From an uncultured candidate division WWE3 bacterium (lineage in GTDB: Bacteria; Patescibacteriota; WWE3; UBA101185; UBA10185), in NCBI GenBank assembly GCA_903879985.1, contig CAIRNR010000007.1, positions 5,382-69,381 of the forward strand: a DNA stretch of 64,000 nucleotides. Direction: 5' to 3'. Under the pieces are notes generated by a model, which saw only the letters and a list, made by a program, of their open reading frames with translations, searched no databases and was not told the DNA's origin. Made by a program: the position numbers and the translations under genes. Shown piece after piece: positions 9,259-20,781 of this stretch. Position 1 is the first letter of the stretch, and each line of letters begins with the position of its first letter.

Positions 9259-10653
9259 ATGGCACTGAAACAGTTTACAACTGATTTTAAAAGCATCGGT
9301 AACCAAGAGTTTCTAAGACCAAATGTCGGCTATAGATACTTTTTTGATATTAAAAAATCAATGGTATTTAAAAACCCGATAACTACCCAATTGAAATACA
9401 TATTAAAACCATTACTTTCAAATAAAATTCCAAAGGGTGAATTGGATAGTAGAGAAATTCTAGTTGATTTGGCAAACATTGAAAGAAGATACAACTCACT
9501 AGTAAACCTAGAGGAAGTTAATCAGATTGGCTCGGACAAAAATATACTAAACTTCGGCGATATAGTAATACCTAAGATTCAACCACAAATGGGTAACATT
9601 TTTCTTAATACCGACCATACTAGGTATGTAGCTTCAACGGAGTTGCTTGAATACACGGTATGCCAAGACCATAACCCAGTATTTGTTTACTACTTAATAA
9701 CTTCCAAACAATTTCTAGCTGACCTTGAGAGGCTTGAGGGTGGAAAAACACACAGGAGAGTAAATCCCACAGACCTTTTAAAAATAAGAATACCTACCCT
9801 TAGTAAAAGACACCAAGACCAAGTAGTTACCGAAATTGAGCCAATAGCCATAAAAATTCAGGCACTTAAAACGGATATTAAACCACAACAAGAAATTATA
9901 GATAAAGTTTTTGTACGGGAATTTAAATTTAATAAAGCAAATTTTGACCAACTATCAAAAATTAAAATGTATGAAACTACTTTTTCAGAGTTCGCAAATA
10001 ACATAGATGTTCGCTATAGCGTCAAATTCCATAGAAATGCTGGTGCATTTGTCTTAGCGGAATTAAAGAAAGTAACTAACAAAAAGATTAAACACTTCAT
10101 TGCAGAACCAATTGTATTGGGTACTAGTGTATCCCCTTCGGATTACGACGAAAACGGCGATTATTACTACATATCAATGGCAAATATAAAGAACTGGAAA
10201 TTTGAAAACGATGACGCAAAACTTGTTTCAAATGAGTATTCAAAGAAAAACCAGAATAAAACAATAGCTTTAAACGATATTTTAATTGCCCGTTCTGGTG
10301 AGGGAACAATTGGGAAAGTTGCTTTAATAGAAGATGAGGAACTACTGGGCATTTTTGCGGACTTTACAATGAGAATTAAGTTAAAAGACTATAACCCAAC
10401 ATTTGCCTACTACTATTTTAGAACAACTTACTTTCAATACCTGATTGAAATTAACAAGAAAGGTTTAGGCAATAACACAAACATCTTCCCAAGCCAAATT
10501 CAAGAACTCCCCATGATGGATATTCCATTAGCTAGACAAGAAAAAATAGTTCAAGAGATTAAAAAAGAGCTAGAAGAACAAAATGTTATTAGAAGTTCTA
10601 TAGAGCAAGAAAGAGCAAAGATTGATGAAATTATTGAGAAGGCAATACAATGA
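9259..10653 (+). CDS. Restriction-modification specificity subunit (HsdS-like, two TRDs)
   Basis: Two repeats ending in IP...Q..IV..I helices; DILIARSGEGTIGK; directly after the MTase. Confidence 0.85.
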   Translation: MALKQFTTDFKSIGNQEFLRPNVGYRYFFDIKKSMVFKNPITTQLKYILKPLLSNKIPKGELDSREILVDLANIERRYNSLVNLEEVNQIGSDKNILNFGDIVIPKIQPQMGNIFLNTDHTRYVASTELLEYTVCQDHNPVFVYYLITSKQFLADLERLEGGKTHRRVNPTDLLKIRIPTLSKRHQDQVVTEIEPIAIKIQALKTDIKPQQEIIDKVFVREFKFNKANFDQLSKIKMYETTFSEFANNIDVRYSVKFHRNAGAFVLAELKKVTNKKIKHFIAEPIVLGTSVSPSDYDENGDYYYISMANIKNWKFENDDAKLVSNEYSKKNQNKTIALNDILIARSGEGTIGKVALIEDEELLGIFADFTMRIKLKDYNPTFAYYYFRTTYFQYLIEINKKGLGNNTNIFPSQIQELPMMDIPLARQEKIVQEIKKELEEQNVIRSSIEQERAKIDEIIEKAIQ

Positions 10654-11378
10654 ACAAATTTAAAACATCAGCTATAACCATACTCACCGAAACAGGTAAA
10701 CCCCTACACTATAAGGAAATAACCCGTCTAGCACTTGATAAAGGAATTTTAGTTACTGATGGTGCAACTCCTGACGCTTCAATGAACGCCCAAATAGTAA
10801 TGGATATAAAACAAAACGGTAAACTCTCAAATTTTATTAAGACAGAGCCTTCCACCTATGGTTTAAACCCAAATATACAAAAAGCTGTTAATGAGCCAGA
10901 GGAAGACATAGCGCAAGAGGAAAAACAAGCCGTAGATAGCGGTTATATCGGAAAAGCAGGAGAATACATAGTGTGCAGTGAACTGCTTTTTAGAGGATTT
11001 AATGCCAGTATTATGAGTGTTGATACAGGTGTTGATATTGTAGCTACCAAAGAAAGCCGACTGTATGGCGTACAAGTAAAGACTGCAAGACTTAATAAGT
11101 TCAATACTTATGTTTTTGATGTTCGCAAGGTTTCATTTGAGAGACACAGTAGTGGTAGTACATTTTATATTTTTGTTCTATATAGCGAGAAGAAAACTAA
11201 TTTTCTGATTCTCCCCTATTTTGAAATTGAAAAGAAAGTACATGACAAAGTTATACTAGAAGTTGGTCACGGACTACGCTACAGAATAAACATTAAACTG
11301 CGTAATGACAGCGTATATCTTGGAACTTTAGACAATGAGATGAACTACTTTTTGAATAATTGGGCGGTGCTAAAGTAA
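10650..11378 (+). CDS. HARE-HTH (HB1/ASXL) plus PD-(D/E)xK (D-QxK) nuclease
   Basis: IL.ETGKPLHYKEIT...GATPDASMNAQI HTH; GVDIV...VQVKT; ATGA overlap with the S gene. Confidence 0.8.
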   Translation: MNKFKTSAITILTETGKPLHYKEITRLALDKGILVTDGATPDASMNAQIVMDIKQNGKLSNFIKTEPSTYGLNPNIQKAVNEPEEDIAQEEKQAVDSGYIGKAGEYIVCSELLFRGFNASIMSVDTGVDIVATKESRLYGVQVKTARLNKFNTYVFDVRKVSFERHSSGSTFYIFVLYSEKKTNFLILPYFEIEKKVHDKVILEVGHGLRYRINIKLRNDSVYLGTLDNEMNYFLNNWAVLK

Positions 11379-11496
11379 ACAACTTATTTAGGTAAAAACT
11401 ATCCCCGTATGACAACAAATAAATAGATTGACTTATAAAATTGCGGTATAATAGCCGTATTCCTGCCTATGTTAGTTAACGAATATAAATATAAAA

Positions 11497-12681
11497 ATGA
11501 CAAAAAGACAATTTACAATATCGCACTTTGTGCAGAATATAAACATAGACTTGCTAGAGGCTTATTTTAATCAAGCTAATTTACCTTTCCCAAACAATTT
11601 AAAAACTACAGACAAAGACAAAAAACCAAATGCTCAAGATATTGAAACGCTTATAAACTCACTTGAGACTAAAGCTCAAGAAAAAATAAACAACGATTTC
11701 ATAGATATTAACGAGCTGTCCTATGACGGCGGTATTCTTTCAATTATTGATGTTGGAAATGTTTACAACATCAATTTAACCGAAGAACTAAGTAGCCTTG
11801 AAGATAACACGAACCAAGCACTTTACTGCTTTCTAAACCATAAAGGGGTATTTGAAAACGCCTCAAAAATAGCTTACTTTGAAAGACTTTCATCAAAAAC
11901 TGTTAGAAACGATATGGTTAAAAAGACAGCACAAGAAGTCTCAAATGAAGAAGTTAAAAATGCCTTAGAAACCGAACTTAAAACATATTTTAAACAAAAA
12001 GACGGTAGAGGCGAAAATTGTAAAATTGATGTTACAATCTACAAAAATAGAGTGTTTTATCGTGCGTATCCTCAAAACTATTCCCAGTTTTTATTTGATT
12101 ACGATGAAGAAGGTAAATACAGACGAAGTGTAGTTAAACCTGTCTTTGAGGTTATTTTTATCTATTATCCAGACGATGGTAGATTAGAACTTAGTGTTAA
12201 CTTTAGAAATAAACGCAGACGAGAGCTAATTGAAATTTTTAGCCGAATTGTTCTAAAAGATGACCGCACGATTAAAGACGAACTGCAAACTTACGATTTT
12301 GACAGGATAGTTTCTCCTGATTTTACTATGCCCACTAAACTTGAAGATAAAGTATCTTGGGCTTACCTAAAGCAATTAAGACTAAGCTACAGATATACTA
12401 CTGCAAGAAAAATTACACTTGAAGTTGATGACAAAAATACCGATGGAGCTAAAGCAATTCACGAAATGATTAAAGAGTATGGGCTTAATACCGAACAATT
12501 GTTTGTAACTCAAGCAACTTTCAAGATTAAGTTTGAAGGAGCAGGTAATAAGGGTAGCGTCACAGCTATGATTACATATCCCGACAAGTGTAACCTATCG
12601 GACATTGCAACACACCAATTGGCTAAAGATTATATAAAATACTGGAAATTGGAGTTATCAGATAATGAAGGAAATAACTAA
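11497..12681 (+). CDS. Conserved hypothetical island protein
   Basis: 394-aa ORF with its own TTGACT/TATAAT promoter (~11428-11452). Confidence 0.75.
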   Translation: MTKRQFTISHFVQNINIDLLEAYFNQANLPFPNNLKTTDKDKKPNAQDIETLINSLETKAQEKINNDFIDINELSYDGGILSIIDVGNVYNINLTEELSSLEDNTNQALYCFLNHKGVFENASKIAYFERLSSKTVRNDMVKKTAQEVSNEEVKNALETELKTYFKQKDGRGENCKIDVTIYKNRVFYRAYPQNYSQFLFDYDEEGKYRRSVVKPVFEVIFIYYPDDGRLELSVNFRNKRRRELIEIFSRIVLKDDRTIKDELQTYDFDRIVSPDFTMPTKLEDKVSWAYLKQLRLSYRYTTARKITLEVDDKNTDGAKAIHEMIKEYGLNTEQLFVTQATFKIKFEGAGNKGSVTAMITYPDKCNLSDIATHQLAKDYIKYWKLELSDNEGNN

Positions 12682-13600
12682 TTTCGCCAATTATTTAGCG
12701 GTAAACCAAGATACTAGCTTTTCAGAAAGTATTTTGAAAGTAAATCTACCAACAATTTTCCAAACACTAGTAGATAGAGGCATTTTAGCCCCTACAACAC
12801 CCGTAGATAGCGTGAGGTGCAAAGAATGTGACTTAGACCACCTAGAACAAGTAATTGAAGTAAACCACCGATACTTTACAAAATGCGAATACAGCGAAGA
12901 CGCCTCGTTATCAGAAGTTCAACTAGACGAACTAAATGGCTATCGCTTTAGTTTGAGTGCTTTACTGGCTTGGATAGCAGAAACCTTAGTAACGCAAACC
13001 GACATTAAACAATTGAATGATGCTACTTGGGGTATAGGCAAAAAGGCTACACAGAACATTTATTTTATTAAATCAATTGACCAGAAAGAAGCTCAAAACG
13101 AAGTAAAGAAAATTAACACCGAAAATAACATATTTCTATGGTTGGGAGTAAATTCACCTGTTGGGTATTCAACAACCGAACTAGTATCAATACAGGAAGT
13201 AATTAAAATTAGTAGTAAAGGCTTGGAAGTTCAAGCTATTAAAGTTAAATCTAAAAAAGCTAAACCAAACCAGAAAGATATTGTCTTAGATAAAGATATT
13301 GTAATAACAAACAATTTCTATCTTCTACTTAACCTTGAAAACGGTGCTTTTAATTATAAGGTAAAAACATTACCACAAACATATAGAATAGTTAGATACC
13401 TGTATGACCAAAGAAAATATGGTAAAGCGTATACCTCTAAAGAGCTAAGCGAAGCTCTACAATTGGATAATCCAAAGGTTATTCCAACCAGAATAAAAGA
13501 ACTAAACAACAAATGTGAGGAACATAAAGTCAAAAGTATTGTACTCACATACCCAAATAATACATGGGCATTAAACCCAGATTTAACTTGTTTTAATTAA
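12665..13600 (+). CDS. Hypothetical protein with CxxC-H..C zinc-binding motif and C-terminal winged HTH
   Basis: CKECDLDH...KC; YTSKELSEAL...IPTRIKELN...WALNP; overlaps the upstream gene. Confidence 0.7.
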   Translation: MKEITNFANYLAVNQDTSFSESILKVNLPTIFQTLVDRGILAPTTPVDSVRCKECDLDHLEQVIEVNHRYFTKCEYSEDASLSEVQLDELNGYRFSLSALLAWIAETLVTQTDIKQLNDATWGIGKKATQNIYFIKSIDQKEAQNEVKKINTENNIFLWLGVNSPVGYSTTELVSIQEVIKISSKGLEVQAIKVKSKKAKPNQKDIVLDKDIVITNNFYLLLNLENGAFNYKVKTLPQTYRIVRYLYDQRKYGKAYTSKELSEALQLDNPKVIPTRIKELNNKCEEHKVKSIVLTYPNNTWALNPDLTCFN

Positions 13601-13674
13601 GGTCACTAAAGTAGTCACAAAATCATAATGTGACTTAACATTTCCATAAATAAGAAAAATATAGATGTAGTAAT

Positions 13675-13700
13675 AGAGCCATATAGTAAGGCTCTTTTTT
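13675..13700 (+). terminator. Rho-independent terminator
   Basis: AGAGCC-N9-GGCTCT followed by a T-run. Confidence 0.6.
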
Positions 13701-13773
13701 GTTTTTACCTAAAAACTTGACAGAGCATTTTTGTGACCAATATCACTAACGCATAGAAAGTTCAAAGATAAAC

Positions 13774-14037
13774 ATGAAAGAAAATAAAGATTTATTTACA
13801 ACATATAACCTAAACTTTTCGGCAGTTCTTATAGCTAGTGGCATTAAGTTACAAGGAGTTAATAACGGGCTTGGGTCTAAGTCTCTCTTTTGTTTTGAAA
13901 ATTCTCTAAAAATACAGGATATAAACGACAAGTATTGGAGAAAAGAATTAAAGATTGAACCTCAATTACTCTTTGATAGCTTGAAATTCCTTAAAAACAG
14001 ATTGTATAGCGGTTTGGAGAATAACGATGGTTTCTAG
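13774..14037 (+). CDS. DUF5659-like small protein
   Basis: FTTYNLNFSAVLIASG...FCFE...YWRKELKIEP...LKFLKNRLY pattern. Confidence 0.65.
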   Translation: MKENKDLFTTYNLNFSAVLIASGIKLQGVNNGLGSKSLFCFENSLKIQDINDKYWRKELKIEPQLLFDSLKFLKNRLYSGLENNDGF

Positions 14038-14218
14038 AGAAGGCTTAGTGAAATTTAAAGAACTTTACGCCAAGCGTTATGGAGTTGAACTTACTGAAAA
14101 GGAAGTCTCCGAAAAAGCTAACCAATTACTTAATTTCTATCGGGCAGTTTTTAGAGAACCAACAAATATAAAAATAAATATAACCTATGAGCAAAAAATA
14201 CGAAGTAAGAAAAATTAA
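14027..14218 (+). CDS. Small hypothetical protein, paralogue of 5163-5339
   Basis: Visible alignment to 5163-5339; overlaps both neighbours. Confidence 0.65.
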   Translation: MVSREGLVKFKELYAKRYGVELTEKEVSEKANQLLNFYRAVFREPTNIKINITYEQKIRSKKN

Positions 14219-14603
14219 AACAAAAAGGTCTTACACCTTTAAAGAAATAGCAGATTTGTTTGATGTCCATGTACGCACTATTCAAGCATGGCATGTAGAC
14301 GGATTAGTAACTCTTGAAGGTAGTAACAATCCATATCTAGTTATGGGTATTGATGTACAAAACTATATTAAACAGCAAAAACAAAAGCACAAAGTAGCTC
14401 TTAAAGAAAATGAGTTTTACTGCATAAGCTGTAGAAAAGCTGTTACCCCAACAGAAGTTTTTTCAAATTCAAATGGTATCAAAATGGGTGGTAATAAACA
14501 GTCGGTTATATTGAGCGGTGTTTGCCCAACTTGTAACCGAAAAGTGAACCGATTTACAACAAACGAACAGTCTATTTTAGAGGGGAAAAGCAATACTATA
14601 TAG
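14187..14603 (+). CDS. HTH (MerR/excisionase-like) plus zinc-ribbon DNA-binding protein
   Basis: YTFKEIADLFDVHVRTIQAW HTH; YCISCR and CPTC; immediately upstream of an integrase. Confidence 0.8.
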   Translation: MSKKYEVRKIKTKRSYTFKEIADLFDVHVRTIQAWHVDGLVTLEGSNNPYLVMGIDVQNYIKQQKQKHKVALKENEFYCISCRKAVTPTEVFSNSNGIKMGGNKQSVILSGVCPTCNRKVNRFTTNEQSILEGKSNTI

Positions 14604-14659
14604 GCACTAGAATATCCCTTTGAAGACTGACATTAGTAATTAGTTATTTAGGAAACAAT

Positions 14660-15745
14660 ATGAACAAATATAAAACGAAAAATGAAAAGATAAAGAGAAG
14701 ATATTTTAAATGGTTAAAAGATGCCGAAGGTTTTGCACCTGCTACCATTGAAAGCATTGAAAAAGCCTTATGGGATTACGAAGCATTTAGCCAAGAAGAT
14801 GACTACGCAAATTTTAACGACAAGATGGCTCAAGGGTTTAAAAAATGGCTCTCGGAAAAAAAGCTACAAAGTGGTGAAACCATCAACCTTTCAACTCAAT
14901 ACGATAGGCTTAGACACCTTAAAAAGTTTTTTACTTGGTTATCTGGACAGGTTGGTTATAAATCAAAAGTTGACCCCTACGATGCAAATTATCTACGCCT
15001 TGATAAAAAATTGGCAAAAATTGCAACTGCACCTAAAGTTGAGGATTACCCAACACTTGAGTATGTTAAAAAGCTATGTGATTCAATTGAAATTAAAAGC
15101 GAAATTGACCAAAGGGATAGAGCTTTAATTGCATTCACATTGTTAAGCGGTATGCGAGATAAAGCTATAATCACACTTCCACTTGGTTGCTTTAATCCTG
15201 AAACTTATCAAGTAAAACAATATCCTTCCGAAGGTGTGCAAACCAAGTTCTCTAAAACTATTGATACGGTCTTGTTTCAATTTGATGAGAAGCTATTAAG
15301 CTATATTGTTGATTGGGTTAAACACTTAAAAGAAAATAAAGTATTTGGTATTACTGACCCCTTGTTTCCATCAACTAAAATTGAGCAAATGTCTAAGACT
15401 GAATACATATTTGAGGCTAAAGGTGTTGAACCTATATTTTGGCGTTCAACAAGCACAATGTGCAAGATATTTGAGGAAAGAGCTAAGTTTGCTGAACTTA
15501 AATACTATTCACCTCATAAGTTCCGCCATTCTGCTACTAGATTGGCTACGGACAGTTGCAAAAGTGCCGAGCAAATTAAAGCTGTAAGTCAAAACTTGGG
15601 TCATGAGCATGTGAGTACAACGCTTTTAACCTACGGAAGACTTACACCTTATAGAGTGCGTGATGTTGTGACCGAGCTAAATTTCAAGAAAACAGAACGA
15701 GACGAAAAGATTGAGGAAATTAAAAAACTAATGTCACAGATATAA
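14660..15745 (+). CDS. Tyrosine recombinase/site-specific integrase
   Basis: RDRALI...SGMR (R), HKFRH (HxxR), LGHE...TYG (H/Y) catalytic residues. Confidence 0.92.
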   Translation: MNKYKTKNEKIKRRYFKWLKDAEGFAPATIESIEKALWDYEAFSQEDDYANFNDKMAQGFKKWLSEKKLQSGETINLSTQYDRLRHLKKFFTWLSGQVGYKSKVDPYDANYLRLDKKLAKIATAPKVEDYPTLEYVKKLCDSIEIKSEIDQRDRALIAFTLLSGMRDKAIITLPLGCFNPETYQVKQYPSEGVQTKFSKTIDTVLFQFDEKLLSYIVDWVKHLKENKVFGITDPLFPSTKIEQMSKTEYIFEAKGVEPIFWRSTSTMCKIFEERAKFAELKYYSPHKFRHSATRLATDSCKSAEQIKAVSQNLGHEHVSTTLLTYGRLTPYRVRDVVTELNFKKTERDEKIEEIKKLMSQI

Positions 15746-15791
15746 TATAATTAACTTGATACTATAAACTTATAATTGTAAGGTTATTGTA

Positions 15792-17471
<1,680 letters not shown>

Positions 17472-17571
17472 ATAATAACCCTGCCATTATATCAGCAATG
17501 CGGATACGTCGCTAGGACGACTAAACAGCAATGCTGATGCGTCGCTAAGCCATGTAGCCACCAACGGCAAC

Positions 17572-19005
17572 CTAATTCGTCTTCGTCAAATGCCAGTTCG
17601 CAAAATCCAAGAATCGGTCGGAGTACGTATGCGTATACTTCTCCCCTATTCCATTAAAATACTTGCTGACGTAGTAATGAGTAAACGGATGGTACAGGAA
17701 TATAGCCGGAACCTGCTCTGTTAGCGTCTTTTGGAACTCGTTGTAGTGAACTACTCGTTTTTCGTTGTCTAACTCGTCACGGCCAGCCTCAAGAGCACGA
17801 TCGGCACGTACTTGGTCAAACCCAGTAATATTTAGTCCGGGTGGATTTTTTTGCGCAGAATGCCACAAAACGTAGCGATCAGGATCTCGGCCAACCTCTT
17901 GTCCGTAAAGCAAAACTTCAAAATCACGTGGATTTACAACCTGATCAACAATATCTTCAGGTTTAACAACTTTGATATTTACATGAATACCCAGACTGGA
18001 TTCCCATAATGCCTGAACTTCCTTAGCTAATTGTTTATGCGCGTCGATGTCTGGAACCGTAATGGTTAAGTTAATATCTCCAAGGTTTTCCTTAAACTTA
18101 TCGTCGTATTTATCAACTTCAACCGCACGGTCCGTAAATAAACTCCTACTGATTGGTCCTTGCGCACTAATACCGTAAGGAACAATAAGCTGGTCTATTG
18201 GCAAAACCTTTTCTAGCTTTTGGCGAACTAACACATCCTTCAACTTATCATTACGTAAGTTAAAAAATAAGGCGTAGTAAATACCTTGAATTGGGAATTT
18301 ATGGTCATAAAAATTATCGACAATGTGCTCGGTTGGTGATAAAAATGCTTGTATTTCTCCTAACCGTGCCGCTGTAGCAAGTTCATCATCGTTTGAATAA
18401 TACCTAAATACTATTTTTTTAATTTCATATTTACTACTTGTTGTAACTAAAGTTATCTGTTTTAACAATTTACCGGTACGTTGAATACGTGCAATTCTAA
18501 AATCGCCATTAGAAATAGGAGAAAGTGGGTTATTTTTCTCAACTGCTTGCGTAGGCATAATCCCGATAGTCAACAAACTTAAAAACGGCGAATATTTATT
18601 TGGAAGCGTAAATCTAACCGTTAAATCATCGACCTTATCAGTTGCAACACCGGTTAAATCGTCTACGTTAAATGAAGTATAAATAAGGTCATCAGCTGTA
18701 ATTTTTTTACCACTTGTCCAATATTGATTATCTTTTATCTTAATTGTATAGACCAAACCATCATCAGAAACCGACCATGTTTCTGCTAAATCAGGGATTA
18801 TTGCGCCATATATATCGTACTTAAACAACCCTCTATAAATTAAATTGGAAATAGTCTTTTCGTTTTGGTTTCGTGCTTGATTTGGCAAAAATGATGCAGG
18901 CTGTATATCTACACCTTCAATGTAAGTTGGTGTAGGTGCAAAGGCTAAGATAGTTGTGTATATAGACAGGATTATTGACGTTATAAAAGCTAATATGGTC
19001 GACAT
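17572..19005 (-). CDS. ABC transporter substrate-binding protein, family 5 (OppA/DppA-like)
   Basis: IYRGL...PDLAETWSVSDDGLVYTIKIK...ITADD motif; N-terminal membrane anchor. Confidence 0.9.
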   Translation of the reverse strand: MSTILAFITSIILSIYTTILAFAPTPTYIEGVDIQPASFLPNQARNQNEKTISNLIYRGLFKYDIYGAIIPDLAETWSVSDDGLVYTIKIKDNQYWTSGKKITADDLIYTSFNVDDLTGVATDKVDDLTVRFTLPNKYSPFLSLLTIGIMPTQAVEKNNPLSPISNGDFRIARIQRTGKLLKQITLVTTSSKYEIKKIVFRYYSNDDELATAARLGEIQAFLSPTEHIVDNFYDHKFPIQGIYYALFFNLRNDKLKDVLVRQKLEKVLPIDQLIVPYGISAQGPISRSLFTDRAVEVDKYDDKFKENLGDINLTITVPDIDAHKQLAKEVQALWESSLGIHVNIKVVKPEDIVDQVVNPRDFEVLLYGQEVGRDPDRYVLWHSAQKNPPGLNITGFDQVRADRALEAGRDELDNEKRVVHYNEFQKTLTEQVPAIFLYHPFTHYYVSKYFNGIGEKYTHTYSDRFLDFANWHLTKTN

Positions 19006-19146
19006 CTAAGTTTCATTTTATCAAAATTGTCCAAGTATTGCTAAAATAGGGGTTAAACTGGTAATATAGCAATGTTTGTAGCTTTAAAGTAAGCTTTTCA
19101 AACACACCGCGTCACTGTACTCGCCTAATGGCTCGTTTCGTTCCGC

Positions 19147-19221
19147 GGCCCCATCGTCTAACGGTTAGGACATCAGGTTTTCATCCTGGTAATCGGAGTC
19201 CGACTCTCCGTGGGGTCACCA
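19147..19221 (+). tRNA. tRNA-Glu (TTC)
   Basis: GGCCCCA...TCAGG-TT-TTC-AT-CCTGG...CGGAG-TCCGACT-CTCCG-TGGGGTC-A-CCA. Confidence 0.95.
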
Positions 19222-19362
19222 TGGACAAGTTCTTCACTGTAAGTGGAGGTTTTTGTCCATGTGATTTTGCTAGGTAGTGGACTAGCCTTAGCGAGTCCTA
19301 CAATTACGTAGCAAAGCGAAGTAATTGCTTTGATATACTCAAAACTCTCCGTGGGGTCACCA
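19203..19362 (+). mobile_element. 141-bp palindrome-rich mini-element bounded by a duplicated tRNA-Glu 3' end
   Basis: ACTCTCCGTGGGGTCACCA at 19203-19221 and 19344-19362. Confidence 0.65.
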
Positions 19363-19372
19363 ATAATAAGGT

Positions 19373-19939
19373 TTAATAAATAGGACTACTCACAGCATAA
19401 CAATTAACAGGATCGTTAGCAGGATTCACCTCACAAAACATACCAGGATTACCCAAAGCAGGGCCAACATTTCCACACCAATTCGGATCACTATTACTAA
19501 GCGGATTTTCCATTTGCGTTGCCAAAACATATTTACTACCATCTAATGGCGCGTAATACGTATAAGGACCAGCCGTTGTAGGATCATTTCCATCGCAGAG
19601 ACTTGTAGCACTTGGATATAAAGGATCAACAGGAACCTTGTCCATGTAACCATTTAATGCCTGAGACGTTAGATCGGATCCTGTTATACACATAAAGCCT
19701 GGGTTTTGTGAGGATGCACAATCCTGGCGACCCGACGGATATTGTTGATGATCTGCAAAATAAGATTCAAGCGCAGTCTGAATTTTGGATAAATCTGCCT
19801 TTCGTTGGCTATCCCGAGCTTTTGAGCGAATACCATTAACATTTATTAACGTCAGCAAAACACCACTTAGAATAGCTAAAACAGTAATAACTACCAAAAG
19901 TTCAATTAAGGTAAAACCTGAAGATTTTTTATTTACCAT
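19373..19939 (-). CDS. Type IV pilin / GspG-like prepilin
   Basis: GFTLIELLVVI N-methylation motif; KARDSQRKADL. Confidence 0.92.
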   Translation of the reverse strand: MVNKKSSGFTLIELLVVITVLAILSGVLLTLINVNGIRSKARDSQRKADLSKIQTALESYFADHQQYPSGRQDCASSQNPGFMCITGSDLTSQALNGYMDKVPVDPLYPSATSLCDGNDPTTAGPYTYYAPLDGSKYVLATQMENPLSNSDPNWCGNVGPALGNPGMFCEVNPANDPVNCYAVSSPIY

Positions 19940-19968
19940 GTATTAATCATATACATGTACAAGAGTTT

Positions 19969-20781
19969 TTAAAAGGTCAAGAATTTACTATTTTCCACAA
20001 GAGCACCACTCTCAGGATCAGCCAACTTAATTTGATCCAGCATATCTACAAAGACACCTTCGCTTATGCAAATTTCACGGGTAGCTTCAAGATTAATATC
20101 AAAAAGCCAAGACAACATATTTACATACGCGTCTGTTCTATTTTTTAAATGCGCATGCGTAACAACTTTTCCATCTAAAAATCTTTCTAATACTTCCGTA
20201 GACACAAGTCCCGGTCCCATATCAAAAAATGAAAACATGTTTTGCGCATATTCCAAAATTGCTAGTTTATCAGCATCTCTGGTAAATTTTGCGTAAATAC
20301 TATTGTAAGGATAAAACAACTTGTTGTGCCATTTAACAGCCTCAATTATTTCAGCTTTTTCAGGCCATTGCGCTGCCACCAAATGTGCACCTAAATCTCC
20401 ATGGTCAACTTTTGAATCAGTATCCGATAATGTTCCTGTAAGAGCTTGAGGAAATCTCCCAATGTCATGCAAAAATGCACAAACGTACGCAGTTGCTTCA
20501 TTTGGAATTTCATTTTGAGATTTTTGTAATATATTTTGTGCTGCCTGAACAACTTCATGAGTATGTAATATTTTATAAAGACACATGGTTTTCTCTTTGT
20601 TAACAGCTTTGGAATAACTATCAAGTATTATCTGGGTTGCCCAGTCTATTATTTCTGTTGGAATCTCATTGGTTATTTTGCGAGAGCCTTTAAAAAGTTC
20701 ATCAATCCAAGTAGACACTTCTCCAACAGTTTTATCCTTAGAAAGAATAAATTTTAAGTCTTCAGGGGATCTGGTTTTCAC
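19969..20781 (-). CDS. HD-domain phosphohydrolase
   Basis: HT..V, FLHDIGRF.Q, DHG, WHN and RDADKL motifs. Confidence 0.85.
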   Translation of the reverse strand: MKTRSPEDLKFILSKDKTVGEVSTWIDELFKGSRKITNEIPTEIIDWATQIILDSYSKAVNKEKTMCLYKILHTHEVVQAAQNILQKSQNEIPNEATAYVCAFLHDIGRFPQALTGTLSDTDSKVDHGDLGAHLVAAQWPEKAEIIEAVKWHNKLFYPYNSIYAKFTRDADKLAILEYAQNMFSFFDMGPGLVSTEVLERFLDGKVVTHAHLKNRTDAYVNMLSWLFDINLEATREICISEGVFVDMLDQIKLADPESGALVENSKFLTF

